A stretch of DNA of 43,649 bases from Desulfobacterales bacterium (GTDB taxonomy: Bacteria > Desulfobacterota > Desulfobulbia > Desulfobulbales > JAJRZW01), in NCBI GenBank assembly GCA_026993265.1, contig JALWTY010000226.1, positions 1 through 43,649 on the forward strand. Direction: 5' to 3'. Below the pieces are notes generated by a model. The model searched no databases, had not been told where the DNA came from, and saw only the letters and a program-made list of their open reading frames with translations. The position numbers and the translations under genes were made by a program. Shown in pieces: positions 20,148 to 30,658 of this stretch; the first letter of the stretch is position 1; the number at the start of each line of letters is the position of its first letter.

Positions 20148-21061
20148 TACACCAGGACATCACCACCACCATCGGCCGCACCCCCCTGGTCCGGCTCAAC
20201 CGTTTCGCGGCCGGGTGCGCGGCCGAGATCCTCGCCAAGGTCGAGTCGGCCAACCCGCTGGCCAGCGTCAAGGACCGCATCGGCCGGGCCATGATCGACG
20301 CGGCCTGGGAGGCGGGCGAGATCGGGCCGGACTCGGTGATCATCGAGCCAACCAGCGGCAACACCGGCATCGCCCTGGCCTTTGTCTGCGCGGCCCGGGG
20401 CCTGCGGCTCGTCCTGACCATGCCGGACACCATGAGCGTTGAGCGGAGAAAACTCCTCGCCCACCTGGGCGCGGACCTGGTCCTCACCCCGGGGGAGGAG
20501 GGGATGCGCGGGGCGATAGAAAAGGCGCGCGAGCTCGCGGACAAGACAGAAAACAGTTTCATGCCCAACCAGTTCGACAACCCGGCCAACCCCGAAATCC
20601 ACCGCCGGACCACAGCCGAGGAGATCTGGGAGGACACCGGCGGCGAGATCGACATCTTCGTCGCCGGCGTGGGCACCGGCGGCACCATCACCGGGGTGAG
20701 CGAGGTGATAAAGAAACGCCGCGAACTCTACACCGTGGCGGTGGAGCCGGCCGACTCGCCGGTGCTCTCCGGCGGCATGCCCGGCCCCCACAAGATCCAG
20801 GGCATCGGCGCAGGCTTCGTGCCCGCGGTGCTCAACCGCGAAATCATCGACGAGGTAATGCGGGTGGAAAATGACGCCGCCATGGCTTGCGCCCGCGAAC
20901 TGGCCCAAAAAGAGGGCATCCTCTGCGGCATATCGTCCGGAGCCGCGGCCTGGGCCGCCCGCGAGGTGGCCAACCGCGGACAAAACCGGGGCAAAACCGT
21001 GGTCTGCATCCTCCCCGACACCGGTGAACGCTACCTCTCCACCGAGCTGCTGAGTGGCTGA
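20144..21061 (+). CDS. cysK: cysteine synthase A (O-acetylserine sulfhydrylase)
   Basis: ATG 20144 overlaps the cysE stop (ATGA). Motifs: [23 protein letters not shown] (PLP Lys), [22 protein letters not shown]. The track ORF 19211..21061 is an out-of-frame extension through cysE. Confidence 0.92.
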
Positions 21062-21141
21062 CGGGCTTGTGGCTGTCGGCTGACGGGAGTCGGGGGGTAA
21101 CGCCCGTCCCCATCATCCATGAGCCATACCAGCCAACCCGC

Positions 21142-21168
21142 TTGACTTTCCCGCCTTATTCCTATAAT
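21142..21168 (+). promoter_or_regulatory. sigma70-like promoter candidate (TTGACT-15 nt-TATAAT) upstream of msbA
   Basis: TTGACT at 21142-21147 and TATAAT at 21163-21168. The spacer is short at 15 nt. About 70 nt upstream of ATG 21240. Confidence 0.3.
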
Positions 21169-21239
21169 TAACTCTCTTTCGCCGCGTTCGGGCCGCACCG
21201 GCCGCCTGCGGCCATCCCTTCATACTCCGTCCAGAGACC

Positions 21240-22964
21240 ATGCCGGAAAAAGAGATACTGCGCCGCATATACCAGGCCGTGAGGCCCTACCGGGGCACCA
21301 TGCTGGCCGCCATGGTCTGCATGGTGCTGGTGGCCGGTTTCTCGGCCGGCCAGGCCTACATGGTAAAACCCCTGCTCGACCGCATCTTCTTCGAGCACGA
21401 CCGCTCCACCCTCAACATCCTGCCGCTGTTGCTCATCGCCGTCTTCCTGGGCAAGGGCTTTTTTTATTACGGCTACACCGTGCTCCTCGAAAAGGTCGGC
21501 CAGGGCGTGGTCCGCGACCTGCGGCAGCGGATCTACGCCCACATCAGCATCATGCCGCTTTCCTTCTTCAACCGCACCACCACCGGCGAGCTCATCAGCC
21601 GGGTGGTCTCCGACGTCACCCTGATGCAGACCGCGGTGTCCCAGGCGGTGGTGGGCATCCTCAAGGATCTCTTCCAGGTGGCGGGGCTGCTCGGCGTGGT
21701 CTTCTACATGAACTGGAAGCTCGCCTCGATCTCGCTTCTGTTCCTGCCGATATCGCTGGTGCCCATGGCCATCTTCGGCCGCCTGCACCGCCGCTACAGC
21801 CACCAGAACCAGGAGACCATGGCCCGGGTCTCTAACCACCTGCACGAGACCATCAACGGCCACCGCATCGTCAAGGCCTTCGGCATGGAGGAATACGAAA
21901 GCGCCCGTTTCGCCGGAATCGTGGACCGGCTCTACGGAATCTTCATAAAGGACGCCAGGGTGCGCAACTTCTCCCACAGCCTGATGGAGCTTCTCGGCGG
22001 GGTCTTCGTGGCCATGGTCATCTGGTACGGCGGCCGCGAGGTCCTGGCCGGCAAATCCACTCCCGGCACCTTTTTCTCCTTCATGACCTCGCTGGTGATG
22101 ATCTATGAGCCGATAAAGAGCCTGAGCAACGTCAACAGCACGGTGCAACAGGGGATGGCGGCCGCGGCCCGGGTCTTCGGCCTGCTCGAGGAGGTCCCGG
22201 AGCCGCAGCCGGAGGCAGACGCGGTCGAGATGCCGCCCTTTTCCCGCGAGATCCGCATAGAAAACCTAAGTTTCAGCTACGACGGCGAAAACACCGTGCT
22301 CGACGACCTCGACCTCACCATAAGGGCGGGAGAGACCGTGGCCCTGGTGGGGCCGAGCGGCGGCGGCAAGTCCACCATCGCCAACCTCATTCCCAGGTTC
22401 TACGAACCGAGCGCAGGCCGCATCCTCATCGACGGCAACAACATCATGGACCTGAGCCTCAAGTCCCTGCGCAGCCAGATCGCCATGGTCACCCAGGAGA
22501 CCATCCTGTTCAACGACACGGTCAAGAACAACATCGCCTACGGCGACCAGGAACGGAGCATGGACGAGATCCGGGAGGCGGCCAGGGCCGCATTCGCCCT
22601 CGAGTTCATCGAGGCCCTGCCGCAGGGGTTCGACACGGTCATCGGCGAGTTCGGCGCCAGGCTGTCGGGCGGACAAAGGCAGCGGCTCTCCATCGCCCGG
22701 GCTATTCTCAAAAACGCCCCCATCCTCATCCTCGACGAGGCCACGAGCAACCTGGACACCGAAAGCGAGCTCGAAGTCCAGAAGGCGCTGGAGAACCTGA
22801 TGCAGGGCCGCACCACCCTGGTGATCGCCCACCGCCTCTCGACCATCCGCCGGGCCGACCGCATCTGCGTGATCCAGGACGGACGCATCGTCGAGGAGGG
22901 CGACCACGAAACCCTCATGGCCAACGGCGGCCTCTACCATACCCTGCGGGAGATGCAGCGGTAA
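21240..22964 (+). CDS. msbA: ABC transporter permease/ATPase, lipid A/LPS flippase MsbA-like
   Basis: 574 aa. Six-TM ABC exporter domain followed by an NBD with Walker [10 protein letters not shown], signature [14 protein letters not shown], Walker [13 protein letters not shown] and H-loop VIAHRLST. The neighbouring LPS genes support the MsbA assignment. Confidence 0.8.
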   Translation: MPEKEILRRIYQAVRPYRGTMLAAMVCMVLVAGFSAGQAYMVKPLLDRIFFEHDRSTLNILPLLLIAVFLGKGFFYYGYTVLLEKVGQGVVRDLRQRIYAHISIMPLSFFNRTTTGELISRVVSDVTLMQTAVSQAVVGILKDLFQVAGLLGVVFYMNWKLASISLLFLPISLVPMAIFGRLHRRYSHQNQETMARVSNHLHETINGHRIVKAFGMEEYESARFAGIVDRLYGIFIKDARVRNFSHSLMELLGGVFVAMVIWYGGREVLAGKSTPGTFFSFMTSLVMIYEPIKSLSNVNSTVQQGMAAAARVFGLLEEVPEPQPEADAVEMPPFSREIRIENLSFSYDGENTVLDDLDLTIRAGETVALVGPSGGGKSTIANLIPRFYEPSAGRILIDGNNIMDLSLKSLRSQIAMVTQETILFNDTVKNNIAYGDQERSMDEIREAARAAFALEFIEALPQGFDTVIGEFGARLSGGQRQRLSIARAILKNAPILILDEATSNLDTESELEVQKALENLMQGRTTLVIAHRLSTIRRADRICVIQDGRIVEEGDHETLMANGGLYHTLREMQR

Positions 22965-23004
22965 TCCGATGATACAAACAGGCGTTAAGCAGGAGAACGG
23001 CAAG

Positions 23005-23193
23005 ATGGAAACAAACGAACTGCTCGAGATCCTCGCCTGCCCGCAGTGCAAGGGCGGGCTGGAAAAACGCGACGAACCCGAGGCCTTTGTCTGCGGGCAA
23101 TGCCGGCTCGCCTTCCCGGTGCGCGACGGCATCCCGGTGATGCTCATCGACGAGGCCGAGCGCCTCGGCGAGGAAAGCGGGGAGGAGGCTTGA
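23005..23193 (+). CDS. Trm112/YcaR (UPF0434) family small zinc-ribbon-like protein
   Basis: [15 protein letters not shown]...[24 protein letters not shown] is the family signature. ATG 23005 has AGGAG 9 nt upstream; the track start is 22969. In E. coli, ycaR lies in the msbA-lpxK-ycaR-kdsB region. Confidence 0.8.
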   Translation: METNELLEILACPQCKGGLEKRDEPEAFVCGQCRLAFPVRDGIPVMLIDEAERLGEESGEEA

Positions 23194-23984
23194 GCGCAAG
23201 CGGACCGAAAAAAAGGCTCTTCGTCTGCGCGCCATTCAATCTCCTGCGCACGGGCGGGATGCTGGACGAGTTCATCAGGCGGGGGCTGCAGCCCGAGATC
23301 GGCCTCGAGAGCGATCTGCTTTACGACTGCGGCCGGGCGGAGTTTGCCGAGATGGCCGGGCGGCTTGCGGAAAACGGGCTTGCCTGCACCCTGCACGCCC
23401 CCTTCTACGACCTCTCCCCCGGGGCCGCCGACCGCCACATCGCCGCCGCCACCCGCAACAAGCTGGAGAGGGCCTTCCGGCTGATCGAGGTCTTCCGGCC
23501 GGCCTCAATCGTCTGCCATCTCTCCTTTGAAGAGAACAAACACGGCTGGGACCGGCAGGGCTGGATAACCCGGGCCTGCGGCATGTTCGCCGATCTCGTG
23601 GCCATGGCGGCAGAACACCACACCCCGGTGATGTTCGAGAACACCTACGAGACCACCCCCGAGGTCCACCGCGAGGTCCTCGCCCGCCTGGACTCGCCCT
23701 ACGCCCGTTTCTGCCTCGACTGCGGCCACACCCTGGCGTTCGCCAAGACCCCCTGGCAGGACTGGCTGCCGGAACTGGCCCCCTGGCTCGGCCAGCTCCA
23801 CCTGCACGACAACATGGGCGACATCGACGCCCATCTCGGCCTCGGCCAGGGCATATTCGACTTTGCCGGACTCTTCGCCTTTCTTGAAGAAAGCCGCATC
23901 GATCCCATCCTCACCCTGGAGCCGCACCAGAGGGAATCGCTCGACGTCTCCCTCGCCTATCTCGAGGAACACGGGATTTTTTAA
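23190..23984 (+). CDS. xylose-isomerase-like TIM-barrel protein (sugar phosphate isomerase/epimerase / AP-endonuclease-2 superfamily)
   Basis: Metal-ligand-like pattern: HAPF, FENT(Y), LDCGH, HLHDN, LEP. TTG 23190 follows GGAGGAGG and overlaps the upstream stop. The start is uncertain; an internal ATG giving MLDEF is also possible. Confidence 0.65.
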   Translation: MSASGPKKRLFVCAPFNLLRTGGMLDEFIRRGLQPEIGLESDLLYDCGRAEFAEMAGRLAENGLACTLHAPFYDLSPGAADRHIAAATRNKLERAFRLIEVFRPASIVCHLSFEENKHGWDRQGWITRACGMFADLVAMAAEHHTPVMFENTYETTPEVHREVLARLDSPYARFCLDCGHTLAFAKTPWQDWLPELAPWLGQLHLHDNMGDIDAHLGLGQGIFDFAGLFAFLEESRIDPILTLEPHQRESLDVSLAYLEEHGIF

Positions 23985-24001
23985 AAAAACTAAGGACATC
24001 C

Positions 24002-24991
24002 ATGGCCAAGACAATAGCAGACCTCGACCGCACCCCCTATCCGCACCAGATCATCATCGACGTGCACTCCTACTGCAACGGCCGCTGCACCATCTGCCCG
24101 TACGACCGGTTGAAGGACCGGCTGCCCATGGGGGTGATGGAGGAGGAACTCTTCCGCAAGATCGTCGATGACTACCACGGGCTCTGCCGGCGTTTCGGGT
24201 TTCACGGCAAGGTGCTCTTCTGCAGCATGGGGGAGTTCTTTCTCTACCCGGAGATCACCATCGAACGCATGGCCTACGTCATCGGCAAAGGGCTCGCCTT
24301 CGACATCCAGACCAACGCCGCGGCCATGCTGCCCAGGTGGGTTGACAAACTGATAGAACAGGGTTTTTCCGGCTCGTTCATGATAAGCTGCCACGGGGTG
24401 ACCCCCGACGCCTATGAACCGATCATGGGGCTCGATCTCGAACGCAGCCTGGCCAACATCGACTACCTGCTCGAAAAATACCCGAAAGAACGGATATGCA
24501 TCCAGGCCATCCCCCACCACTGGCCCTTCGGCGAGACCCGCCGGGTCCGCAGGTACTGGCGCAAACGCGGAGTGCATGTACGCCTGCCGCTTCCCAACGA
24601 CCGGGCCGGGCTGGTAAAGGGCCTGGGGCAAGGGACAAAGGCGCGGCTGGTCGGCTGCAACACCAACCGGCCCCTCTACGAGATGATCTGCAACATCAAG
24701 GGCGAGGTCCAGTTGTGCTGCAACGACATGGCCCAGAAGGAGATCGTCGGCAGCCTGGCGGAACAGAGCATAGAGGAGGTCTGGAACGGCCCGGAGATGC
24801 GGAAAAGGATAGAACAGATATACTGCGGCGTCCCCTCGCCGCCGGACTTCATCTGCCACCATTGCGAGCTCGCCCTGACCTCGGAATCGCCGCTTGCCCG
24901 CCTGGGCAGCAACCTGCGCCACGAGGCGAGGAAGTTCTGGCTGACCTATGTCAGGCGATCCGGACAGCCGCTGGAACGACAAAAATGCTGA
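24002..24991 (+). CDS. radical SAM enzyme with Cys-rich SPASM/twitch-like C-terminal domain
   Basis: The CxxxCxxC motif HSYCNGRCTICPY lies 20 aa from the N-terminus. The C-terminal auxiliary-cluster-like cysteines are GCNTN..ICNIKGEVQLCCND...YCG..FICHHCE. AAGGA Shine-Dalgarno before ATG 24002. Confidence 0.8.
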   Translation: MAKTIADLDRTPYPHQIIIDVHSYCNGRCTICPYDRLKDRLPMGVMEEELFRKIVDDYHGLCRRFGFHGKVLFCSMGEFFLYPEITIERMAYVIGKGLAFDIQTNAAAMLPRWVDKLIEQGFSGSFMISCHGVTPDAYEPIMGLDLERSLANIDYLLEKYPKERICIQAIPHHWPFGETRRVRRYWRKRGVHVRLPLPNDRAGLVKGLGQGTKARLVGCNTNRPLYEMICNIKGEVQLCCNDMAQKEIVGSLAEQSIEEVWNGPEMRKRIEQIYCGVPSPPDFICHHCELALTSESPLARLGSNLRHEARKFWLTYVRRSGQPLERQKC

Positions 24992-26079
24992 TCAAGGGAG
25001 ACAACCACCTGGACAAGACGGCGATCGCGGCCATCCTGCTCGTTCAGTTGGGCGACATCGGCGACGTGGTCCTCACCTTTCCCACGATCTCCGCCCTGCG
25101 GGAGGCGTTCCCCGGGGCCAGGATCGTCGTCTGCGTCCGGGAAAAGGCCAGGGAACTGATATCCTGCTGCCCGGAGGCGGACGGGGTCATCGCGGTGGAA
25201 AAACGCCGCCGCGGCCTGCTCGGGGAGCTTGCCTACCAGCACAGGTTCGTCCGCGAGCTGAGGTCGCACGGATTCGACCTGGCGGTGGAACTGCGCGGGG
25301 CCGACCGGGGGGCGATCATCTCCCGGCTTTCCGGGGCGGGGATACGCATAGGCCGGCTCGCCGACGACAAAAGCCTTTTCCGCAACAGCCTCTACACCCA
25401 TATCGTTGATCCGGACGGGGCCAGGGAACGGGAGAGCTACGCGGTTGAGCAGGGACTGAACATCCTCGCCCCCTTCGGTATCGGCACGAAACGCAAGACC
25501 CCGCGCCTGGCGAACCCGCCGGAGTTCCAGGAGCGGCTGGGACGCGTCATGAAAGAAGCCGGGGTCCCGGACGACCGGCCCCTGGTGGTCATCCACGCCT
25601 TTTCCCTGTGGAAGTACAAGGAGTGGCGCACGGAACAGTGGGCCGCGCTCGTCGATCATATCGGAGCGAACCACCAGGTCACCATGGTCCTGACCGGCGC
25701 GCCGGATGAACGCCCCCAGGCAAAAAAGCTCCAGGAGCTCGCAAAGACAAGGACATACAACCTCGCCGGCATGACCAGCATCGGGGAACTGGCCGCCCTG
25801 ATGCACAAGAGCGTCCTCTACATCGGCGTCGATACCGGCGCCATGCACATCGCCGCCGCGGCCGGGACCCCGACCATCAGTATCTTCGGCCCCTCGCCGG
25901 CGGTGGTGTGGGCACCAAGGGGAGACGAACACCTAGTGATAACCAAGGACATGCCCTGCGTCCCCTGCCGCGACAAGGGCTGCGGCCGGACAGAGTTCAG
26001 CCGCTGCCTCCACGAGCTCGAGTTCGCCGAGATACGGGATGTTGTCAACGACCACCTGATACGGACGCTGCCCGGATGA
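24985..26079 (+). CDS. glycosyltransferase family 9 (LPS heptosyltransferase-like)
   Basis: ATG 24985 overlaps the radical SAM stop. GT9 hallmarks: ILLVQLGDIGDVVLTFP, IHAFSLWKYKEW, LTGAPDE, YIGVDTGAMHIAAA.GTPTISIFGPS. Confidence 0.85.
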   Translation: MLIKGDNHLDKTAIAAILLVQLGDIGDVVLTFPTISALREAFPGARIVVCVREKARELISCCPEADGVIAVEKRRRGLLGELAYQHRFVRELRSHGFDLAVELRGADRGAIISRLSGAGIRIGRLADDKSLFRNSLYTHIVDPDGARERESYAVEQGLNILAPFGIGTKRKTPRLANPPEFQERLGRVMKEAGVPDDRPLVVIHAFSLWKYKEWRTEQWAALVDHIGANHQVTMVLTGAPDERPQAKKLQELAKTRTYNLAGMTSIGELAALMHKSVLYIGVDTGAMHIAAAAGTPTISIFGPSPAVVWAPRGDEHLVITKDMPCVPCRDKGCGRTEFSRCLHELEFAEIRDVVNDHLIRTLPG

Positions 26080-27695
26080 ATCAGTCCATGTCAACCAACA
26101 ACCGGCATACCATGAACGGCTTCCCGACAAGGACCTTCGACGACCGCGAGGCCCGGATAATCGTCTTCCTAGCCTTTGCCGCCGGGATCCTCGCCCGGAT
26201 CTACATCGCCACCCACACCGCGATCATCAACCTCGACGGGATCATCTACATCAACCAGGCCCGGGCCATCGCCGAGGGGAGATGGACAGAGCTGTTTGTC
26301 AGCCTCAACTACCTTCCGCTCAACTCACTTCTCATCGTCCCCATCCACTGGATCGTGCCGGACTGGGCGGCGGCGGGACAAGCCCTGTCGATGATATGCG
26401 GAATCGGCCTGCTTGTTCCGGTTTACCTGAGCTTGAGAGAGTTTTACCCCCGCCGGACGAGCGGCGTCGCCCTTGTGCTCTTCGCCCTTTCCCCCACCCT
26501 GGTCAGCCGCAGCAACGATATCTTAAAAGACGCTCAGGCCTGGTTTTTTTTGAGTATGGCCATATGGTTCCTCGTCCGCCATTACCGCGGCCGGCAAACA
26601 GAAAACCTCCTCGCCGGCGGTGTTTTCTTCCTCCTCGCCGCCTGGTGCCGCAACGAGATCCTGGCCATCTACCTCGCCGCCGCGGCCGCGCTTCCATTAT
26701 CCGCTCCGGACCGAAGGTCGAGAAGGCTCACGGCCTTCCTCGCCCCGGCCGCCACTGCCGCGGCCGCGGTATTCCTGGCCGCAGTCGCCTCCGGATGGCG
26801 GCCGGACTGCCTGATGCGCGCCCACGAAGTGACTGCGGCCGGGGTCCTCTCGTCCTACCACCGCCTTAGGGATTACCTGGCCGGGCTCGCGGCCTCCATG
26901 CGTTTCTCGGACTTCCACACCTACTCTTTCCTGACCGAGGCGAGGAGTTACGCATGGGCGCTGCCGGTGATCATCATAGTCAGCAAATTGAGTGAGGCGG
27001 CTTTCCCCCTGTACCTGCTGGTCTGGATAATCGGACTGGTCTGGGCAAGAGGACGAAAGCCGGACAGGCGTTTATTGCCGTTCAAGGCGATGGCCGCGGC
27101 CGCGCTCATCGTCCTCTACTGGCAGGTGATACGCACTTGGGTCATGGAGTACCGCTACACCGTGATCCTCGCCCTGGCCATGCTCCCCTGGGCGGGCGCG
27201 GGCGTTGAGGCGGTAGTGGGATATATGGAGAAGAACTGGCCAAGGCTGAAGCCCTACTGCGCCGCCGGCCTGGCCGTGGTTCTCATCGTTCCCGGGATGG
27301 TGAAAAACATCCGGCCAAAGATGTACGACAAGGCGGTATACCGAAACATCGGGGAACAATGCGCCCCGCTCCGGCCGGGGGAATTCGCCGCCACGAGCGA
27401 CAGCCCGGCGGCCCGCTGGGTGTTCTTCTACGCCACCAGGAAATCGCAAGAACCAAGACCGCCGGCCGAGGAGACCACGCACATCCCGCCTGCGGCCCTC
27501 AAATCCCCCCAGACCCTGGCCGCGGCCATGCGCAAGAACGGCAGCACAATATTCCTGGCCGAAGAAAGCGACCTCTCCCGCCTCGGAACCGGCTGGCGCG
27601 ACTTCAGCGGCGCAGACCTGAAAAAGCTGGGCGAATGGCGCCAGAACGACAGCGGCCGCCTGGCCCTGTACCGCCTGCGGGAGCACAGACCATGA
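26076..27695 (+). CDS. polytopic membrane glycosyltransferase, GT-C fold (ArnT/PMT, family-39-like) with C-terminal soluble domain
   Basis: ATG 26076 overlaps the upstream stop (ATGA). About 11 hydrophobic segments. The first periplasmic loop is NLDGIIYINQA. A C-terminal tail of about 120 aa is non-hydrophobic. Family assignment is from architecture only. Confidence 0.6.
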   Translation: MNQSMSTNNRHTMNGFPTRTFDDREARIIVFLAFAAGILARIYIATHTAIINLDGIIYINQARAIAEGRWTELFVSLNYLPLNSLLIVPIHWIVPDWAAAGQALSMICGIGLLVPVYLSLREFYPRRTSGVALVLFALSPTLVSRSNDILKDAQAWFFLSMAIWFLVRHYRGRQTENLLAGGVFFLLAAWCRNEILAIYLAAAAALPLSAPDRRSRRLTAFLAPAATAAAAVFLAAVASGWRPDCLMRAHEVTAAGVLSSYHRLRDYLAGLAASMRFSDFHTYSFLTEARSYAWALPVIIIVSKLSEAAFPLYLLVWIIGLVWARGRKPDRRLLPFKAMAAAALIVLYWQVIRTWVMEYRYTVILALAMLPWAGAGVEAVVGYMEKNWPRLKPYCAAGLAVVLIVPGMVKNIRPKMYDKAVYRNIGEQCAPLRPGEFAATSDSPAARWVFFYATRKSQEPRPPAEETTHIPPAALKSPQTLAAAMRKNGSTIFLAEESDLSRLGTGWRDFSGADLKKLGEWRQNDSGRLALYRLREHRP

Positions 27696-28840
27696 ACCGG
27701 CCCCACGTCGCGGTGGTAAAGAGCGAATACTCCCCTTTTGGCGGTGCCGAGATCGTGGCCCGCGATTTCATCAACCTCCTTCTCAGCAATGGATGCCGAG
27801 TAACCTTAGTCACCGGCAGAAACCAGCCTTGGCCCATAAAACACCCGTATTTACGAGTGGTCGAGACGGTAAGCATATTCGGGAACCGACTTTGGCAACT
27901 ATGGCGATTCAGCCGTGCGGCCAGAGCATTTCTCATAGATTACCGGCATCGTTTCGACGCTATACTGGCAATCGACAAAGTGGATCTTTTCTCTCACTAC
28001 CATGCTGGAGGAATGTGTCACAAAACGTCCCTTTCAATGCGTGAAAAAGAATCGTCACCCCTGAGTGCGTTCATCAGGAGGAACTCACCATTTCACCGGC
28101 TGGCAATGTCCATAGAGGCACGAGGTTTCAACCAAAGTCCCTTGCCAAAAATCCATTGCTGTTCAAACCTTATCCGTGAAGATATAGTCACAAACTATCC
28201 CCATCTCGCCACAAGGACAAAAGTCATCCCAAACTCCATAGACTGGCATGCCATAGGCGAACAGTTTCGCCGACGTCACGAACTCGCCGAGACATACAGG
28301 AAAAACCTTGGCTTGGAGGACAATCACAACTATCTGCTGTTCATCGGTAGTGGCTTTGCCAGCAAGGGGCTGGATCACTGCATCACCTCGCTGCCTGATG
28401 GTTATGATCTGTTAGTGGTCGGGCAAGACAATTCTGGTACTTACAAAAAATTGGCGATGAAATGCGGCAAGAAGAAACGAATCCATTTTCTTGGCAAGAT
28501 CGAAAACGCATGGCGTCTATGCGCCGTGGCCAAAGCATTAGTCCTGCCGGCACGATACGAGCCCTTCGGCCTGGCCGCGGCCGAGGCCCAGGCCATGGGC
28601 CTACCGGTGCTGGTGAGCGACAAAACAGGCTATGCCGAACATATACTCGTCGGCAAGACTGGGATAATTGCAAAAGTAGAGGGGCAGCCGAACATAGCCG
28701 AGGCCATGAACATACTCTGCCAACATATAGAAGCTGGGACGTTCATGTCATCCGATCAGATACGCAAAAAAACAGAGCACCTGGATCACCGAAACATCCG
28801 CCACCGAATCATTAACGAATTCCTTGGATTGTCAATTTAG
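27692..28840 (+). CDS. glycosyltransferase family 4 (WaaG/RfaG-like, GT-B fold)
   Basis: ATG 27692 overlaps the upstream stop (ATGA). N-terminal VAVVKSEYSPFGGAE. C-terminal EX7E-type region: LVLPARYEPFGLAAAEAQAMGLPVLVSDKTG. The stop TAG 28838-28840 is formed partly by the first base of the IS end. Confidence 0.85.
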   Translation: MNRPHVAVVKSEYSPFGGAEIVARDFINLLLSNGCRVTLVTGRNQPWPIKHPYLRVVETVSIFGNRLWQLWRFSRAARAFLIDYRHRFDAILAIDKVDLFSHYHAGGMCHKTSLSMREKESSPLSAFIRRNSPFHRLAMSIEARGFNQSPLPKIHCCSNLIREDIVTNYPHLATRTKVIPNSIDWHAIGEQFRRRHELAETYRKNLGLEDNHNYLLFIGSGFASKGLDHCITSLPDGYDLLVVGQDNSGTYKKLAMKCGKKKRIHFLGKIENAWRLCAVAKALVLPARYEPFGLAAAEAQAMGLPVLVSDKTGYAEHILVGKTGIIAKVEGQPNIAEAMNILCQHIEAGTFMSSDQIRKKTEHLDHRNIRHRIINEFLGLSI

Positions 28841-28862
28841 TCGTCCCTGAAAAATTGGTTTT

Positions 28863-29399
28863 TCAGTCAGCCACGCAATGAGGGATACATGTCCGAAGCC
28901 AAGACCGCAAAGCTGCCTGAACCACCGCCATGGCAGCGCCAAGCAAAAAACGCCACAATGCCCTCAGTTTCCTGAGGATAATCCGGAAATTGTGCCCTGC
29001 GCCGCAGAGTAGTGCATTGATCTTGTCTCCCAATCTGCCCCGGAGATAGTTTCGGCCAAGCTTGCCCTCTTCCTTCATGTGCCCAATCACCGGCTCGATT
29101 GCGTTGCGACGGCGAAGCTCCCTGCGGATCGTTGGCGTCACCCCTCGCTTGCGGCCGCTGATGAACACCTCCACATCCTTCACTCCATTGCCACGATAAC
29201 CACGGTCCACGTAACAACGAGCCAACGCTCGACGGGTTATCCGCTTGACCTGAGACAACGCCTCATCAAGAGTATGGCCGTCAAACGGATTGCCATGCAG
29301 CGCCTGCATGCCAACCACGAAATTGTCACGATTGGTAACAGCAACACTAACCTTGACCCCAAATTCGTACTTCCGGTGCGCTTTCCCCTTGCTGATGCA
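28863..29399 (-). pseudogene. IS5-family transposase, C-terminal fragment (DDE domain)
   Basis: The frame reads (E)CISKGKAHRKYEFGVKVSVAVTNRDNFVVGMQALHGNPFDGHTL...YVDRGYRG...IEPVIGHMKEEGKLGRNYLRG. It continues in frame from the N-terminal fragment once the IS3 element plus one TSD copy is removed. Confidence 0.85.
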
Positions 29400-29432
29400 T
29401 TCTGGCCTTCCCCCGGTTTAGTGGACACCGGG

Positions 29433-30302
29433 TTAGGCTGCAAGTTTAAAATAGGCCGCCTCGTATTCAGCCGGGCTTTTGTAGCCCAGCGTTGAGTGCA
29501 GACGGCGCCGGTTATAGAACCGCTCGATGTACTCAAAAATGCTCTGGCGAGCGTGGAAGCGAGTCGGATATCTCTGGTGAAATACCAGTTCCTGCTTCAG
29601 GCTGCCAAAGAAACTTTCAATTGGGGCGTTGTCCCAGCAATCGCCCTTGCGGCTCATGCTGCAACACATACCGTGTTTGGCCAGTAATGACTGGAAGTCT
29701 GTGCTGGCATACTGTGAGCCGCGATCAGAATGAAATATGAGTCCTGATGATGGCTGTCGCCTTTGCACCGCCATCGTCAGCGCATTCATAACCAGTTGTC
29801 GGGTCATGCGCTTGTCCATGGCCCAACCAACAACCGACCTGGAAAACAGGTCGATGACCACCGCCAGGTGAAGCCAGCCTTCGGTGGTCCAGATATAGGT
29901 GATGTCACCGGCCCAGACCTGGTTGGGCTTTGCGGGAGAAAAATCCCGCTGCAGCAGGTTTGGTGCGACCGGGAAATCGTATTTCGAGTTCGTGGTTGCC
30001 TTATAGCGTCGCTTCGTTTTCGCACGTAGGCCATCTTCCCGCATCAGGCGGGCGACGCGATTCTCACTGCAGGGAATATCCTGCTTTTTGAGTTCCCGAT
30101 AAACGCGGGGGTTCCCATAGGTACCCCGGCTATCGCGATGCGCCTTACGAATCACCTCAAGCAGCTTGGCATTCGCCTGGCTCCGCTCGGATTCAGACTT
30201 TCTGCGCCAGGCATAGTAGCCACTGCGGGAGACGTTCAGCACATCACACATGACCGCGATGGGAAATTCGGCTTCGTGTTGCTGCATAAAGCCAAAGATC
30301 AC
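29433..30302 (-). CDS. IS3-family transposase OrfB (DDE integrase core), normally expressed as OrfAB by -1 frameshift
   Basis: 289 aa. rve-type catalytic domain: [31 protein letters not shown]. The frame is open upstream through the slippery site. Confidence 0.9.
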   Translation of the reverse strand: MIFGFMQQHEAEFPIAVMCDVLNVSRSGYYAWRRKSESERSQANAKLLEVIRKAHRDSRGTYGNPRVYRELKKQDIPCSENRVARLMREDGLRAKTKRRYKATTNSKYDFPVAPNLLQRDFSPAKPNQVWAGDITYIWTTEGWLHLAVVIDLFSRSVVGWAMDKRMTRQLVMNALTMAVQRRQPSSGLIFHSDRGSQYASTDFQSLLAKHGMCCSMSRKGDCWDNAPIESFFGSLKQELVFHQRYPTRFHARQSIFEYIERFYNRRRLHSTLGYKSPAEYEAAYFKLAA

Positions 30303-30595
30303 CTCGGGTCGTTGGAGAAGATGGCCATTGCTTTTTTTAAAATGTCACGCTCCATTTTCAGGCGTTGGTTTTCACGCCTGAGACAGCTGAGCTCCTCATC
30401 TTCTGCGGCCTGCTTTCCTTTGCCGGGAAAGGCCTCAACGGGATTCTCGCTGTACTGACGAATCCACTTGTAGAGCGTGTTGGGGTGGATTTCCAGATCT
30501 CTGGCCACCTCAGCAACAGACTGGTCGCTGCCGGTTATCAGGTTAACCGTCTCGACCTTGAATTCACGAGTGTACGTCCTTCTCTTCGAAACCAT
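30299..30595 (-). CDS. IS3-family transposase OrfA (HTH DNA-binding and leucine-zipper part)
   Basis: ATG 30595 is preceded by AGGAGG; the track start 30640 is a GTG extension. Sequence: [60 protein letters not shown]. Confidence 0.9.
   Translation of the reverse strand: MVSKRRTYTREFKVETVNLITGSDQSVAEVARDLEIHPNTLYKWIRQYSENPVEAFPGKGKQAAEDEELSCLRRENQRLKMERDILKKAMAIFSNDPR
30332..30338 (-). promoter_or_regulatory. programmed -1 ribosomal frameshift heptamer A AAA AAA (orfA to orfB)
   Basis: The minus strand reads TTA AAA AAA GCA in the orfA frame. A slip of -1 continues AGC AAT GGC CAT ... GTG ATC TTT GGC, which is the open orfB frame. Typical IS3-family arrangement. Confidence 0.75.
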
Positions 30596-30658
30596 GTCAG
30601 TCCTCCTGACGCTGTTGTAGCAGCTTTTCGGACTGTCCACAATTTCGGGGGGAGGTCA

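Larger units (their letters stand above)
29403..30658 (-). mobile_element. IS3-family insertion sequence (IS407-like ends), 1256 bp, apparently intact
   Basis: Imperfect terminal IRs: TGACCTCCCCCCGAAATTGTGGACAG (minus strand from 30658) and TGGCCTTCCCCCGGTTTAGTGGACAC (plus strand from 29403), giving TG...CA termini. A 3-bp direct repeat TTC sits at 29400-29402 and 30659-30661. The orfA/orfB pair has an A7 slippery site. Confidence 0.88.

Noticed and set aside
21054-21108. Short direct repeat GGCTGACGGG (x2) and a 6-bp hairpin GACGGG/CCCGTC after cysK, as a terminator or regulatory element
   Set aside because: The stem is short, the loop is 15 nt and there is no T-tract. The repeat is only 10 bp in GC-rich DNA, which is too weak to call.
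28837-28840. 4-bp YTAR-type target duplication (TTAG) for the IS5-family element
   Set aside because: The right flank reads CTAA, which is the inverted rather than direct copy. These bases therefore either extend the IR or flank a 2-bp TA duplication. The TA model is preferred but unproven.
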